Below, in pieces: positions 21,394-29,794 of a stretch of 44,936 nucleotides of DNA. The position numbers were made by a program, and so were the translations under genes. Each line of letters begins with the position of its first letter. Position 1 is the stretch's first letter. Under the pieces are notes generated by a model. That model worked only from the letters and a program-made list of their open reading frames with translations, had not been told where the DNA came from and did not search any database. Where the stretch lies: assembly GCA_964349945.1 (NCBI GenBank), contig CAYGIH010000002.1, positions 1 through 44,936 of the forward strand, given 5' to 3'. The stretch is from an uncultured Candidatus Saccharibacteria bacterium. GTDB lineage: Bacteria; Patescibacteriota; Minisyncoccia; Phycocordibacterales; Zambryskibacteraceae.

Positions 21394-21930
21394 CTATGAA
21401 AGCTGGCTGGCTTCGAGGCCGTGGTTTATGGCTTTGATCAGGTCTTTGGTTTCTAGATTCAAATCTGTTTTATTCAAATATCCGAGGTGAAAGAGAATGG
21501 TGGCCACAAATTTAGTTTCAAATTCTTTTATATCCTCTACCCCATCCTTCACCGCTTCTTTCACTAACTTTTCCAACGCATCAAATAATTCTCCATGCGG
21601 AGTTTCTCCTTGAACCATTCTTTCTAAAAGGGCGAGTGCTTGCGAGATGGCTTTCAAAAGTTTCCTATTATCACTTAATTTTATAGAAATATTTTCATCC
21701 ACTGATGAACTCGTGATTCTCCAAAATTCCTTACCCTTCACAAACGAAACAGTAGAAAGAGAGATGGGTTCGAGCGAACCACGGAGTTTGGAATGTTCCT
21801 TGCGCACGCCCTGAGCACTGGCTCTTATTAACCCAAGTTCTTTGGTCAAAAGTGAATACAACCTATCTGCCTCTCTATAAGGCTGTGAGGAAAGCACAAG
21901 AGCAGGGGTCGTATGAATGGTATAAGACAT
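21394..21930 (-). CDS. recO: DNA repair protein RecO (short form)
   Basis: The N-terminal OB-fold pattern reads TPALVLSSQPYREADRLYSLLTKELGLIRASAQGVRK. The ORF is 178 aa and lacks an obvious Zn-finger region. Confidence 0.75.
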   Translation of the reverse strand: MSYTIHTTPALVLSSQPYREADRLYSLLTKELGLIRASAQGVRKEHSKLRGSLEPISLSTVSFVKGKEFWRITSSSVDENISIKLSDNRKLLKAISQALALLERMVQGETPHGELFDALEKLVKEAVKDGVEDIKEFETKFVATILFHLGYLNKTDLNLETKDLIKAINHGLEASQLS

Positions 21931-24900
21931 TAGAATTCAATATTTGTAGCCGAAGTAATCTCTTTCCTAAACTTCTCAAATAAATCTTTTTCTTCTGATT
22001 TAACTTCATAAGGCATCACATCACTAGGTTTCAAATTCTTTTCTTTCCTTAAATCTTGGATAACTCGAATGACATCTCGCATCCTACCTTCTTCAGCGAG
22101 CTCTGGAGTGATGATTGTATCAATTTCTACCCCTTCTATCTCTTTGTCTATTACCTCCTTCACGTTCACTTCGTCCTTAATCAAATCTACATAAACATCT
22201 TTTGTAGAAGTAGTGAGCGAAGCGATAGGTTGCCTGATTTTTATATTTGCTTTTGAACGAGCTTCAAGAGCGACAGAAACTTTTTGCCTGGTAGCTTCCA
22301 TTTTCTTTATTATTTCTTCGTCTACATTTGTATCAGCAGTTGGCCAGCTTTCTAGGTGCACACTTTCTACATCATTTTCAATGCGGAGTTTTCTATAAAG
22401 CTCTTCTGCAATAAATGGTGCAAATGGGGCTAGGAGTTTAGTGATGTTTTTCAACACAAAATACAAAGTCTGCTTGGCTTCCTTATCCCCTTCTTTAATC
22501 CTCTCCCTTGAACGACGGAGATACCAAGTAGAAAGATCGTCCACAAAATCTCTAAAGCTCCTAGTTGGTTCAATTAAATTATAAACATCGAGTTTTTCAG
22601 TCATGATGCTTGTGAGTTCATTGAATCTGGTGAGAATCCATTTATCCAAAATATTTTCTGATTTTGGTGAATCATTATTCTCTAAACTCTTATCTCTAAA
22701 CAAATCATAGAAAGAATATATGTTGTCGAGCATGTTGAATACTCGTTTATTCACTTCATCAACTGTCTTATCATCATAATTCTTCGGATCTCCTGGTTGA
22801 TTAATCGAATACATCCAAAATCTCACCGCATCAGCTCCGTGCTTCTCCATCGCTTCCATAGGATCAACAACATTGCCGGTAGTCTTACTCATCTTCTTAC
22901 CATCTTTGTCCAAAAGTAATCCAAGACAAATGACATTTTTATAAGCTGCTCCCTTACCCATCAGTACTCCGAGTGCGTGCATGGTGTAGAACCACCCTCT
23001 GGTTTGGTCTAAGGCTTCAGATATAAAGTCTGCTGGATACATAATGTTTGAGAAATCCCCAGCTTTCTCTCTGTCATCAGAGTCTTGGGAGAAAGGCATC
23101 GAACCAGAATCAAACCACACATCCATCACCTCCTTCACTCGTCTGTATTCCCTACCATCCTTCTCTAGCACCACTTCATCTATAAATGGTTTATGTAAAT
23201 CTAGAGCGAAATCCTTATCATGTGGCAGTGGGGAGAAATCCAATGGACGCACTTCAGCATTTTTAAATCTTTGGAAATCATTCACAAAATCTTTACCTTC
23301 CGAAAGTGAATATTTTTTATTATCTGGCATATGTAAACCAGAAACTACATAAAGAAGCCATGCTGGGCCACCATGAGTCACAATCAAAATGTTTTTACCT
23401 TTGTATTTATTTTCTAAATCATAAATAAAAGAACCCATTCTTCGTCTAACATCGGCGAGTGATTCACCATTAGGCATTGTCACATTGAACCAATCTGGTC
23501 CTGCTGCATACATAGTTTTGTGATATTCATTCCAATCACCACCATCAAACTTCCCTGGATTTATTTCTATAATTCTGTCATCTAAAGCTACTTCGACACC
23601 CAAAACCTTACCAACTATTTCTGCGGTTTCTTTAGTACGAGTGAAAGATGAAGAGATGATTAAATCAATTTTCTTATCTTTCAAATCTTCTGCGGATTTC
23701 TCCGCTTGTTTTTTGCCATCCTCAGTTATATGGTCACCCTCTTGATTCTTGAAGCTAACAATCTCATTCTTGTTTCCTTCTGTGCCTCCATGACGCATCA
23801 CAAAATATTTGTTCCCAGATTTCTTTGTATATTTTCTAATTGTATCCAAAGAATCAACAACCATTCTTTCCTTACTATCTTCTGTCTGCCAGATTGGCAG
23901 TGGTGTGCCCCAATATCTCTCTCGGCTGATAGCCCAATCCTTCACCTCTCGTAGCCATTCACCAAAACGACCTTCTTTTATATAATCCGGCTCCCAATTT
24001 ATTTTTTGATTTTCTTCAACTAATTTATCTCGAACCTCAGACATTCTTATGTACCAAGAATCTCGAGCATAATAAATGAGTCGCGTGCCGCATCTCCAAC
24101 AAAACGGATATGCGTGAGTATAATTTTCTTTATCAAAAAATAGTCCTCGACTTTGAAGTTCTTTGAGTATCTCCACAGCCAGAGTTTCATCTACCACTGA
24201 TTTTCCTTCCAACCAATCTGTACCTTTTATAAACAAACCTTCTGGAGAAACAAGATGCACTTTAGGCAAACCTATTTTAGTGCCCAAATCAAAGTCCTCC
24301 TGTCCATACATCACCGCTGTATGCACAATACCCGTCCCATCTGTAGTAGTAACAAAGTCTGCTGTGTGAACCTTAAAGGCCTTATCTAATGCCTCTTTTG
24401 GAGCGTCTACAGCCAATCCGGATACAAATGGATACAAGGGTTCATAAGCCATACCCTGCATCTCAGAGCCCTTGTGCTCTGCGATTATTTCATAAGGTTC
24501 TTTAATAATTGAAAGTCTTTCTTTGGCTAAAACATAAATCTCTTCACCCACTTTCGCTTCTACATAATCAATATCTGCTCCAACAGCAAGCGCAATGTTC
24601 CCTGGGAGAGTCCAGGGGGTAGTAGTCCACGCAAGGAAATATGCTTTTGGAAACCCGACAATTTTAAACTTCACATACAGAGAAATATCCTTCACATCTT
24701 TGTATCCTTGAGCAAGTTCGTGTGAAGAAAGTCCTGTCCCACATCTTGGGCACCAAGGGACAACTTTATAATCCTTGTATAAAAGTTTCTTCTTCTCTAC
24801 TTCAGCAAGGATTGTCCAAATAGATTCAATGTATGGATTATGGTAAGTGACATACGCGTTTTCATAATCTGCCCAATACCCCATGCGGTCACTGAACTGT

Positions 24901-25289
24901 CTCCAGAGATCTACATAAGTCCAAACGGATTTCTTGCATTCATCATTAAATTTTTCTACTCCATAACTCTCAATTTCTTTCTTGGATTTTAATCCCAATT
25001 TTTTCTCTACTTCGAGTTCGACTGGCAGTCCGTGTGTGTCCCAACCCGCCTTTCGACGCACATGAAAGCCTCGCATGGTTTTGTAGCGCGGAATAGCATC
25101 CTTGAAGGCGCGGGCCTCGACGTGGTGAATACCTGGTTTGCCGTTCGCAGTTGGAGGACCTTCATAAAACACAAATTCACCCTTGTCTGCGGGTTTCTCT
25201 AAGGTCTTTTCGAATATTTGATTGTCTTTCCAAAATTGGAGGACCTTCTCCTCCCTTTGGGAACGAGTAAGCCCTTTATCTTCAGGCAT
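21930..25289 (-). CDS. ileS: Isoleucyl-tRNA synthetase carrying an internal histidine-phosphatase-like domain
   Basis: PTANGKPGIHH (HIGH), the editing-domain motif TTPWTLPGN, WAISRERYWGTPLPIW, DVWFDSGSMP and KMSKT are all present. The ORF is 1119 aa, with an extra ~190-aa block at aa ~494-685. Confidence 0.93.
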   Translation of the reverse strand: MPEDKGLTRSQREEKVLQFWKDNQIFEKTLEKPADKGEFVFYEGPPTANGKPGIHHVEARAFKDAIPRYKTMRGFHVRRKAGWDTHGLPVELEVEKKLGLKSKKEIESYGVEKFNDECKKSVWTYVDLWRQFSDRMGYWADYENAYVTYHNPYIESIWTILAEVEKKKLLYKDYKVVPWCPRCGTGLSSHELAQGYKDVKDISLYVKFKIVGFPKAYFLAWTTTPWTLPGNIALAVGADIDYVEAKVGEEIYVLAKERLSIIKEPYEIIAEHKGSEMQGMAYEPLYPFVSGLAVDAPKEALDKAFKVHTADFVTTTDGTGIVHTAVMYGQEDFDLGTKIGLPKVHLVSPEGLFIKGTDWLEGKSVVDETLAVEILKELQSRGLFFDKENYTHAYPFCWRCGTRLIYYARDSWYIRMSEVRDKLVEENQKINWEPDYIKEGRFGEWLREVKDWAISRERYWGTPLPIWQTEDSKERMVVDSLDTIRKYTKKSGNKYFVMRHGGTEGNKNEIVSFKNQEGDHITEDGKKQAEKSAEDLKDKKIDLIISSSFTRTKETAEIVGKVLGVEVALDDRIIEINPGKFDGGDWNEYHKTMYAAGPDWFNVTMPNGESLADVRRRMGSFIYDLENKYKGKNILIVTHGGPAWLLYVVSGLHMPDNKKYSLSEGKDFVNDFQRFKNAEVRPLDFSPLPHDKDFALDLHKPFIDEVVLEKDGREYRRVKEVMDVWFDSGSMPFSQDSDDREKAGDFSNIMYPADFISEALDQTRGWFYTMHALGVLMGKGAAYKNVICLGLLLDKDGKKMSKTTGNVVDPMEAMEKHGADAVRFWMYSINQPGDPKNYDDKTVDEVNKRVFNMLDNIYSFYDLFRDKSLENNDSPKSENILDKWILTRFNELTSIMTEKLDVYNLIEPTRSFRDFVDDLSTWYLRRSRERIKEGDKEAKQTLYFVLKNITKLLAPFAPFIAEELYRKLRIENDVESVHLESWPTADTNVDEEIIKKMEATRQKVSVALEARSKANIKIRQPIASLTTSTKDVYVDLIKDEVNVKEVIDKEIEGVEIDTIITPELAEEGRMRDVIRVIQDLRKEKNLKPSDVMPYEVKSEEKDLFEKFRKEITSATNIEF
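23235..23810 (-). other. Histidine phosphatase superfamily (PGAM/SixA/CobC-like) domain nested within ileS
   Basis: The block reads KYFVMRHGGTEGN ... LIISSSFTRTKETAEIVG ... NGESLADVRRR ... ILIVTHGGPAW. This gives the RHG motif, the S-x-x-R-T-x-E-T-A motif and the distal H-G-G. It is in frame and flanked by IleRS sequence on both sides. Confidence 0.75.
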
Positions 25290-25304
25290 TGTGGGCTTAT
25301 CTTA

Positions 25305-26933
25305 TCACATCCTTTCTGGGGTAGGAATACCGAGGATAGTAAGGCCGTTTTTCATGACTATATTAAAGGCACGAGTGAGAGCGATGAGATAAGCAGATTC
25401 TGGTTTATCCGAAATTATTTGTTCGTTCGCATAAAGATTATTGAAACTGCCTGCAATTTCAGTGAGGTAAGTGGTGATGATGTTTGGAGAATACTCCTTG
25501 GAAGCTCGTTCAACTATTTCTGGGAATCTATATAGAAGCTTCTCTACTTCATGAATATTTTCTCTCTCTGCACTCGCATTACCTTTCATATTCGCTTTCT
25601 CAAGGATTGAACAAGTTCGTGCATAAGCGTATTGCAGATAAACTCCAGAATCACCTTCAGTAGAAACTGATTTTTCTATATCAAAAATAATATCGTTGCC
25701 GATTGATTGACGAAGAATCATATATTTAATCGCCCCTATGGCTATTGCTTCGTCACCTTTGGTCTTTTCTTTTACTCCATCAATTAGAGTTTCTGCGAGA
25801 GTCACTTCACCAGTCCTTGAACTCATCTTACCTGTAGGTAAGCGAAGCATGCCGTGTCCAATGTGTTTGGTTATTTCTGCAAGATTTGGAGAAATAAGTT
25901 TGAGCGCCTGAAGTAAAACCTTAAAATATGCGTTGACCTCATTGCCTGTCACTACGATAGATTTAGTGTATGGATACTTCTCAAACTTCATTGGAGCCAA
26001 ACCAAGCTCCTTGGCTTCATAAGTAGGGATGCCCTCGGAGTTTATGAAAACTCGAGTATGTAAATTTTTATCATACATCTCTCCATCAAACACTATTGGG
26101 TATCTCTCCTCTTCAGTACTACTCCTAAAAATCTTTTTACCATCTTTATTTGTATTTTCTTCTACGAGTTTCTTACCTCTTGGGGCAGCTTCTGATTCAA
26201 AAAAATAATAATCGAAGTGACTTCCTAATTTTTTATATATAGAATCAAAATATTCTAGACTCGCCTTTCTGCCTTCATCATAAAGTTTGTTTATTGATTC
26301 ATCTGATCTGTCATAAATCTTTTTGTTTATCTCTTGGATTTCTTTGCGAACATTCTCATCTTCCTCAAATTTCTTATTTCCGAAAACATATGGTTCCTGA
26401 CTTCCAGCCATCATTCCCCAAATAGCTTTGGCCACATGAATACCCACATCTCCTTGATAACATGCTTGTTTCACCTCAGCTCCATTCCATTCAAAAATGT
26501 TTGCAAGTGTTGAACCTATTATATTAGGCATGAGATGACCAATATGAAATGACTTGAAAGGATTTGGATCAGTATGTTCAACCATCACCTTCTCTCCTTT
26601 CATATTTTCATTCTTCCCAAACTCGCTTCCCTTCTCTACTATCTCTCCAATACTTTTTTTAAAAAATTCTTTGGATAAATAGAAGTTTATAAAAAGCATT
26701 TTTTCTTCTATTTTTTCAATTTCTGGTGGTTGATTTGCTTTTAACCAATTTACAATATCTGATACATTGCCTGCTGGTAATATTTTTAGTGCTATATTCG
26801 AGCTATAGTCCCCAAAAGTCATATTGGTTGGGTGTTCTACACTAAAATTCACATTTTTAAACTCACCGAGATTTAGTTCAGTTAATGCCTGTCTTATTAA
26901 ATTTTCTATTGTTTCTTTCATTGCTCCAATCAT
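25305..26933 (-). CDS. argS: Arginyl-tRNA synthetase
   Basis: VEHTDPNPFKSFHIGHL (HIGH-type), the MSSR variant of KMSKS in GKMSSRTG, and a DALR-type C-terminus are present. The ORF is 542 aa. Confidence 0.92.
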   Translation of the reverse strand: MIGAMKETIENLIRQALTELNLGEFKNVNFSVEHPTNMTFGDYSSNIALKILPAGNVSDIVNWLKANQPPEIEKIEEKMLFINFYLSKEFFKKSIGEIVEKGSEFGKNENMKGEKVMVEHTDPNPFKSFHIGHLMPNIIGSTLANIFEWNGAEVKQACYQGDVGIHVAKAIWGMMAGSQEPYVFGNKKFEEDENVRKEIQEINKKIYDRSDESINKLYDEGRKASLEYFDSIYKKLGSHFDYYFFESEAAPRGKKLVEENTNKDGKKIFRSSTEEERYPIVFDGEMYDKNLHTRVFINSEGIPTYEAKELGLAPMKFEKYPYTKSIVVTGNEVNAYFKVLLQALKLISPNLAEITKHIGHGMLRLPTGKMSSRTGEVTLAETLIDGVKEKTKGDEAIAIGAIKYMILRQSIGNDIIFDIEKSVSTEGDSGVYLQYAYARTCSILEKANMKGNASAERENIHEVEKLLYRFPEIVERASKEYSPNIITTYLTEIAGSFNNLYANEQIISDKPESAYLIALTRAFNIVMKNGLTILGIPTPERM

Positions 26934-27027
26934 AGCAAAAAAGAAGAAAATTGCTTATTAGACAGCCTCTTAAATATGAGTAATATGAGGTCAGATTCGT
27001 CCTTTCACATCAACTAAGAGGATCCTT

Positions 27028-27930
27028 ATGGACCCCCAGTATTTGCCCTTTGCAGATCGCAAACCAGATCATCAGTATTTGAAGCTCATTCGCAGAATCT
27101 ACAATGAAGGCGAGATGGTTATTCACCCCCACCAACAAGGGATGGGGCGGAGAACCCATCTTTCCCTGCCTCCGCTTATCTACAAAATGTCTAACGGTTT
27201 CCCACTCCTCACGGAGAGAAACATTCCGTTCTGGAAAGTAGCCATCGCAGAGCTCGTCGCCTTCATGAACGGCGTCACTACCAACGAAGGCCTCCATGCA
27301 TATGGATGTGCCTGGTGGGACATGTGGACCACGAAGGAGAAGTGTGAGCTCTTCGGACTCGAAGAAGGTGACCTCGGTTGGGCGTCTTATGGTGGAGCAT
27401 ACGGGAAGTTCCCAATGCCCAACGGTGAGTCCTTCAACCAGTTCGTGCATCTCATTCAAAGCATGAAAGAATCGCCGAACTTGGCTACGCACTGCATCAC
27501 TTCATGGATCCCTTATGGAGTCCTTCAACACAGTGGGTTAAAGCGCAAGGTGGTTGTGGCTCCATGCCACGGCAACTTCCTGAAGTTCACCATCATCAAT
27601 GGGAAGTTGTCACTCCAGCATGTGCAACGCTCTGCTGATATGCCTGTTGGAGTAGTTTCCAACATCATTCAGTATGCGGCACTGCTCCTTATGGTCGCGC
27701 AAGTGATCGGCGTCGAGCCGTACGAGTATTCGCACTACTTCCTCGACGCTCAGATCTATGAGAACCAGTTTCCACAAGTCAAAGTCCTTTTGGACAGAAG
27801 CCCTCGAGCCTTCCCGACTCTCCGCATCATCGACAAGTCGGTCAAGGATATCTTGGCTTTCCGCCCGGAGCATTTTGAACTCACTGACTACAATCCAAAC
27901 CCAGGGATGAAGTTCCCCGTCACGGAGTAG
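27028..27930 (+). CDS. thyA: Thymidylate synthase (ThyA) family enzyme, divergent
   Basis: The catalytic Cys is present in VVAPCHG, along with QRSADMPVGVVSNI (Arg/Asp/Asn triad region), AIAELVAF, WWDMW and DAQIY. The SD AAGAGGA lies upstream. GC is higher than in the flanks. Confidence 0.8.
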   Translation: MDPQYLPFADRKPDHQYLKLIRRIYNEGEMVIHPHQQGMGRRTHLSLPPLIYKMSNGFPLLTERNIPFWKVAIAELVAFMNGVTTNEGLHAYGCAWWDMWTTKEKCELFGLEEGDLGWASYGGAYGKFPMPNGESFNQFVHLIQSMKESPNLATHCITSWIPYGVLQHSGLKRKVVVAPCHGNFLKFTIINGKLSLQHVQRSADMPVGVVSNIIQYAALLLMVAQVIGVEPYEYSHYFLDAQIYENQFPQVKVLLDRSPRAFPTLRIIDKSVKDILAFRPEHFELTDYNPNPGMKFPVTE

Positions 27931-27935
27931 TGCCC

Positions 27936-28871
27936 ATGCTCAAGATCATCGTTGCAGTAGCAACGAATGGGGTGATCGGACGGGGTGACAAACTGCCGTT
28001 CAATCTCCCCGCTGACCGCCGCAAATTCAAGGACATAACACTTGGCCATCCAGTGGTCATGGGCTCGAATACCTTTCGGTCCCTCCCAAAGCAGTTTCGG
28101 CCGCTTCCTGGTCGAGAGAATATTGTGCTCTCCAGAAACCCGAATGCACAGATGGATAACGTGACACACGTACTCTGGTGGAAGGAAATTCTCCATCGAG
28201 CAGAAACTGAGGACATGTTCGTCATCGGCGGATCGAGGGTATACGAACTCGCTCTCGACCATTCTGATGAACTTTTTATCACTCGCGTTCACGCTGAAGT
28301 CGAAGGTGACACCTTCTTTCCTGAGCTCGACATGAGCGACTGGAAACTTCTCTCGAGCGAAGAACATGCTCAAGATGAAGAGAATGAGTTTGCCTTCACT
28401 TGGGAAGTGTATGAGAGGATTCCACGAATCTCTCCGCATAACCCATTCATCGAGATGCGCAATTGTCGCACAGACGAACAACGCAGGGCAATGAAAGAAA
28501 TCCTCGATGCTGGAGTTTGCCCGTTTTGTGCAAGTAATTTCCACAGATGGCACAAAAAGCCGCTTTTGTGGTCCGGAGACCACTGGTTTGTCAGCGAGAA
28601 CATGTGGCCATACCCCGGCTCCAAGATTCATCTGGTGGCTTTCCTGAAGTATCATGCGGAAGGTCCAGAGGACATGTCAGTCGCTGAATTTGGAGAGCTC
28701 CACACCATTCTCGTCTGGGCAATGAAAGAATACGGCATCAAGGGTGGTGGTCTCTACATGCGCTTCGGTGAATGCCTGTGGACTGGTGGTACTGTACGCC
28801 ACATCCACGCACACATCGCCGCGAAGGCCGAGCTCGGCGGTGAGGCAATTAAGTTTTACCTCGGCAGTTGA
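27936..28871 (+). CDS. folA: Dihydrofolate reductase fused to a C-terminal HIT (histidine triad) domain
   Basis: The DHFR part reads IIVAVATNGVIGRGDKLPFNLPADRRKFK...PLPGRENIVLSR...VIGGSRVYE. The HIT part reads CPFC...HLVAFLKYH...GGTVRHIHAHIAA (H-x-H-x-H at 28800-28814). A GGAG SD lies 8 nt before the ATG at 27936. A GTG at 27930 overlapping the thyA stop is an alternative start. Confidence 0.8.
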   Translation: MLKIIVAVATNGVIGRGDKLPFNLPADRRKFKDITLGHPVVMGSNTFRSLPKQFRPLPGRENIVLSRNPNAQMDNVTHVLWWKEILHRAETEDMFVIGGSRVYELALDHSDELFITRVHAEVEGDTFFPELDMSDWKLLSSEEHAQDEENEFAFTWEVYERIPRISPHNPFIEMRNCRTDEQRRAMKEILDAGVCPFCASNFHRWHKKPLLWSGDHWFVSENMWPYPGSKIHLVAFLKYHAEGPEDMSVAEFGELHTILVWAMKEYGIKGGGLYMRFGECLWTGGTVRHIHAHIAAKAELGGEAIKFYLGS

Positions 28872-28876
28872 TGTTG

Positions 28877-28906
28877 AAGCCCGCACCTTATAGGTCGGGC
28901 TTTTTT
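28877..28906 (+). terminator. Rho-independent terminator of the thyA-folA::HIT operon
   Basis: The stem AAGCCCG...CGGGCTT is followed by a T-run. Confidence 0.7.
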
Positions 28907-28911
28907 AATAA

Positions 28912-28948
28912 TAAAAAAAACCTCGTTCTGTTAGACAGAAACGAGGTT
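28912..28948 (-). terminator. Rho-independent terminator of the cytidylyltransferase-deaminase operon
   Basis: On the minus strand a long stem, AACCTCGTT(T)CTGT-cta-ACAGAACGAGGTT, is followed by T8. The 5' arm of the stem overlaps the stop codon. Confidence 0.75.
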
Positions 28949-29794
28949 GTCCTTCACTTGAATGAGCTTCACTCCATGAGTCTTGAAAACTTCCTGTGCA
29001 TTCAGAGATGAAAATCCTTCAGAGAAATACACCGTGTGTACTCCACTGGCTGAGATTTCTCTGGCACACATCTCACAAGGGAAAGTGGTCACATACAGCG
29101 TCGCCCCTTCGAGCGCATGGCCGTATCTGGCACACTTGATGATGACTGACTGCTCTGCGTGAATCACGCAGGACTTACCCATCTGCCCTGCATCGCGATT
29201 GATGCTTGGATCACCAAAGATGTATGTCTCGTACTCATTCGGCATATGAGTATTGCATGCGGTGGCCAACACCTTCCCGTCTCGACTGATAGCCGCAGCG
29301 GCCACACGTCTCCACCAATCTGGACTCCGACCAGAGAACTTCTTCAGCTCACTGAGAAACTCAACATCGAACTGGTCAGTGGAAATTTCCACATGAGGAA
29401 TGACTGGTTGATTCTGTAGAATTGCCGTCATATCCCAACGCGCCCAGATCATCTCATAGGCCACATTGCACTCAGCTGGCAGTAAGTATTTCTCTGCCAA
29501 AAGATGTGAAATATCTTCGTCTGGAAGAATGATGCATTCTTCCGCATGAGGTGAGCTGTCCAAACCTGGGAACAAAGGATTGAAGATTCTCACCTTTCTA
29601 ACCAAGTTCAGAGAACTGATCATGCGAAGCATGGTCACGGCCGGCAAACCGGCCATGTTGCGAGCGAGCCGAGGCAGTAAATCATATGCATCCTTCTCTG
29701 ACACGAGCAAAAGGGTGCAATCCGAATACTTCGACAACCAATCGATGTGGCGTTGGTTCAGCGTCGGGATATACGCAATGAGGTTCTGGGTCAT
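28931..29794 (-). CDS. Two-domain protein: unknown N-terminal ~135-aa domain plus C-terminal dCMP/CMP-type zinc deaminase
   Basis: The C-terminal half carries the deaminase signature CVIHAEQSVI ... TFPCEMCA. I recognise no motif in the N-terminal half (IAYIPTLNQRHIDWLSKYSDCTLLLVSE...), including no P-loop. The start overlaps the upstream gene's stop (ATGA), with GGAG upstream. Confidence 0.8.
   Translation of the reverse strand: MTQNLIAYIPTLNQRHIDWLSKYSDCTLLLVSEKDAYDLLPRLARNMAGLPAVTMLRMISSLNLVRKVRIFNPLFPGLDSSPHAEECIILPDEDISHLLAEKYLLPAECNVAYEMIWARWDMTAILQNQPVIPHVEISTDQFDVEFLSELKKFSGRSPDWWRRVAAAAISRDGKVLATACNTHMPNEYETYIFGDPSINRDAGQMGKSCVIHAEQSVIIKCARYGHALEGATLYVTTFPCEMCAREISASGVHTVYFSEGFSSLNAQEVFKTHGVKLIQVKDNLVSV

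Noticed and set aside
23235-23810. Whether the extra block in IleRS is an intein, a frameshifted neighbouring gene or an assembly chimera.
   Set aside because: There are no intein junction residues (no N-terminal Cys/Ser with a C-terminal His-Asn plus Cys/Ser/Thr). The reading frame is continuous and IleRS motifs lie on both sides. The base composition matches the rest of the gene. Mis-assembly can only be excluded fully with reads.
27010-28655. Long antisense ORFs (27010-27492, 27888-28655, 27920-28282 and others) opposite thyA and folA::HIT. The same applies to 29894-30306 opposite the cytidylyltransferase and 31571-31946 opposite the ParB-like gene.
   Set aside because: Elevated GC suppresses stop codons on the antisense strand. 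The sense-strand ORFs carry clear enzyme motifs (APCH, DHFR, HxHxH), whereas the antisense translations have none.
28931-29794. Whether the two-domain deaminase is an AvcD / defensive dCTP-deaminase homologue.
   Set aside because: Those proteins carry an N-terminal P-loop kinase domain. No Walker A (GxxxxGK[ST]) is present in the N-terminal 135 aa, and the protein is much shorter. The architecture is different, so I report it as unknown rather than AvcD-like.
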